A stretch of 13,077 bases of DNA from a virus (lineage: Duplodnaviria > Heunggongvirae > Uroviricota > Caudoviricetes). A model generated the notes under the pieces. The model saw only the letters and a list, made by a program, of their open reading frames with translations, was not told where the DNA came from and made no database searches. The DNA is taken from IMG/VR virus record IMGVR_UViG_2671180603_000001; one strand, given 5' to 3'. The position numbers and the translations under genes are program-made. This document shows positions 12,987 to 13,077 of this stretch, one piece after another (position 1 is the stretch's first letter; each line of letters starts with the position of its first letter).

Positions 12987-13013
12987 ACCCGGCTTCCGCG
13001 CCGGGTTTTCTTT
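12987..13013 (+). terminator. rho-independent terminator
   Basis: ACCCGGC-TTCCGC-GCCGGGT hairpin followed by TTTTCTTT, after the 44-aa ORF. Confidence 0.6.
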
Positions 13014-13077
13014 GCCTCGCGATCGTCCCCCATATTTAAATAGCTGCGCTTAATACCGCTACACTTTTGCCAGCCCA

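Overview
This window reads as the early-right arm and immunity region of a lambdoid (lambda-like) enterobacterial prophage, written in reverse, so most genes lie on the minus strand. All calls come from reading the sequence and the supplied ORF translations; no searches were run. From low to high coordinates: two degenerate tRNA-like genes and a pR-prime-type late promoter; Q antiterminator; a nin region (NinH-like, RusA resolvase, ORF6N-KilAC antirepressor, Rha-like protein, ORF6N protein, NinE, NinB) with a Gp49/HigB-type toxin plus HTH antitoxin pair inserted on the opposite strand; three small genes in the lambda ren position; a replication module (HTH initiator plus a Toprim primase - SF4 helicase interrupted by a 341-aa LAGLIDADG intein beside the P-loop); cII with an oop-like antisense RNA; a nutR-like site; cro; a three-site operator region; and an S24-type cI repressor. 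Right of cI, in the slot lambda uses for rexAB, sit three genes I cannot assign to any family (113 aa, 177 aa, 44 aa). I consider this the best candidate for an undescribed exclusion or defence module, followed by the small-gene cluster at 5043-5990. No integrase, transposase, CRISPR array or rRNA is visible.
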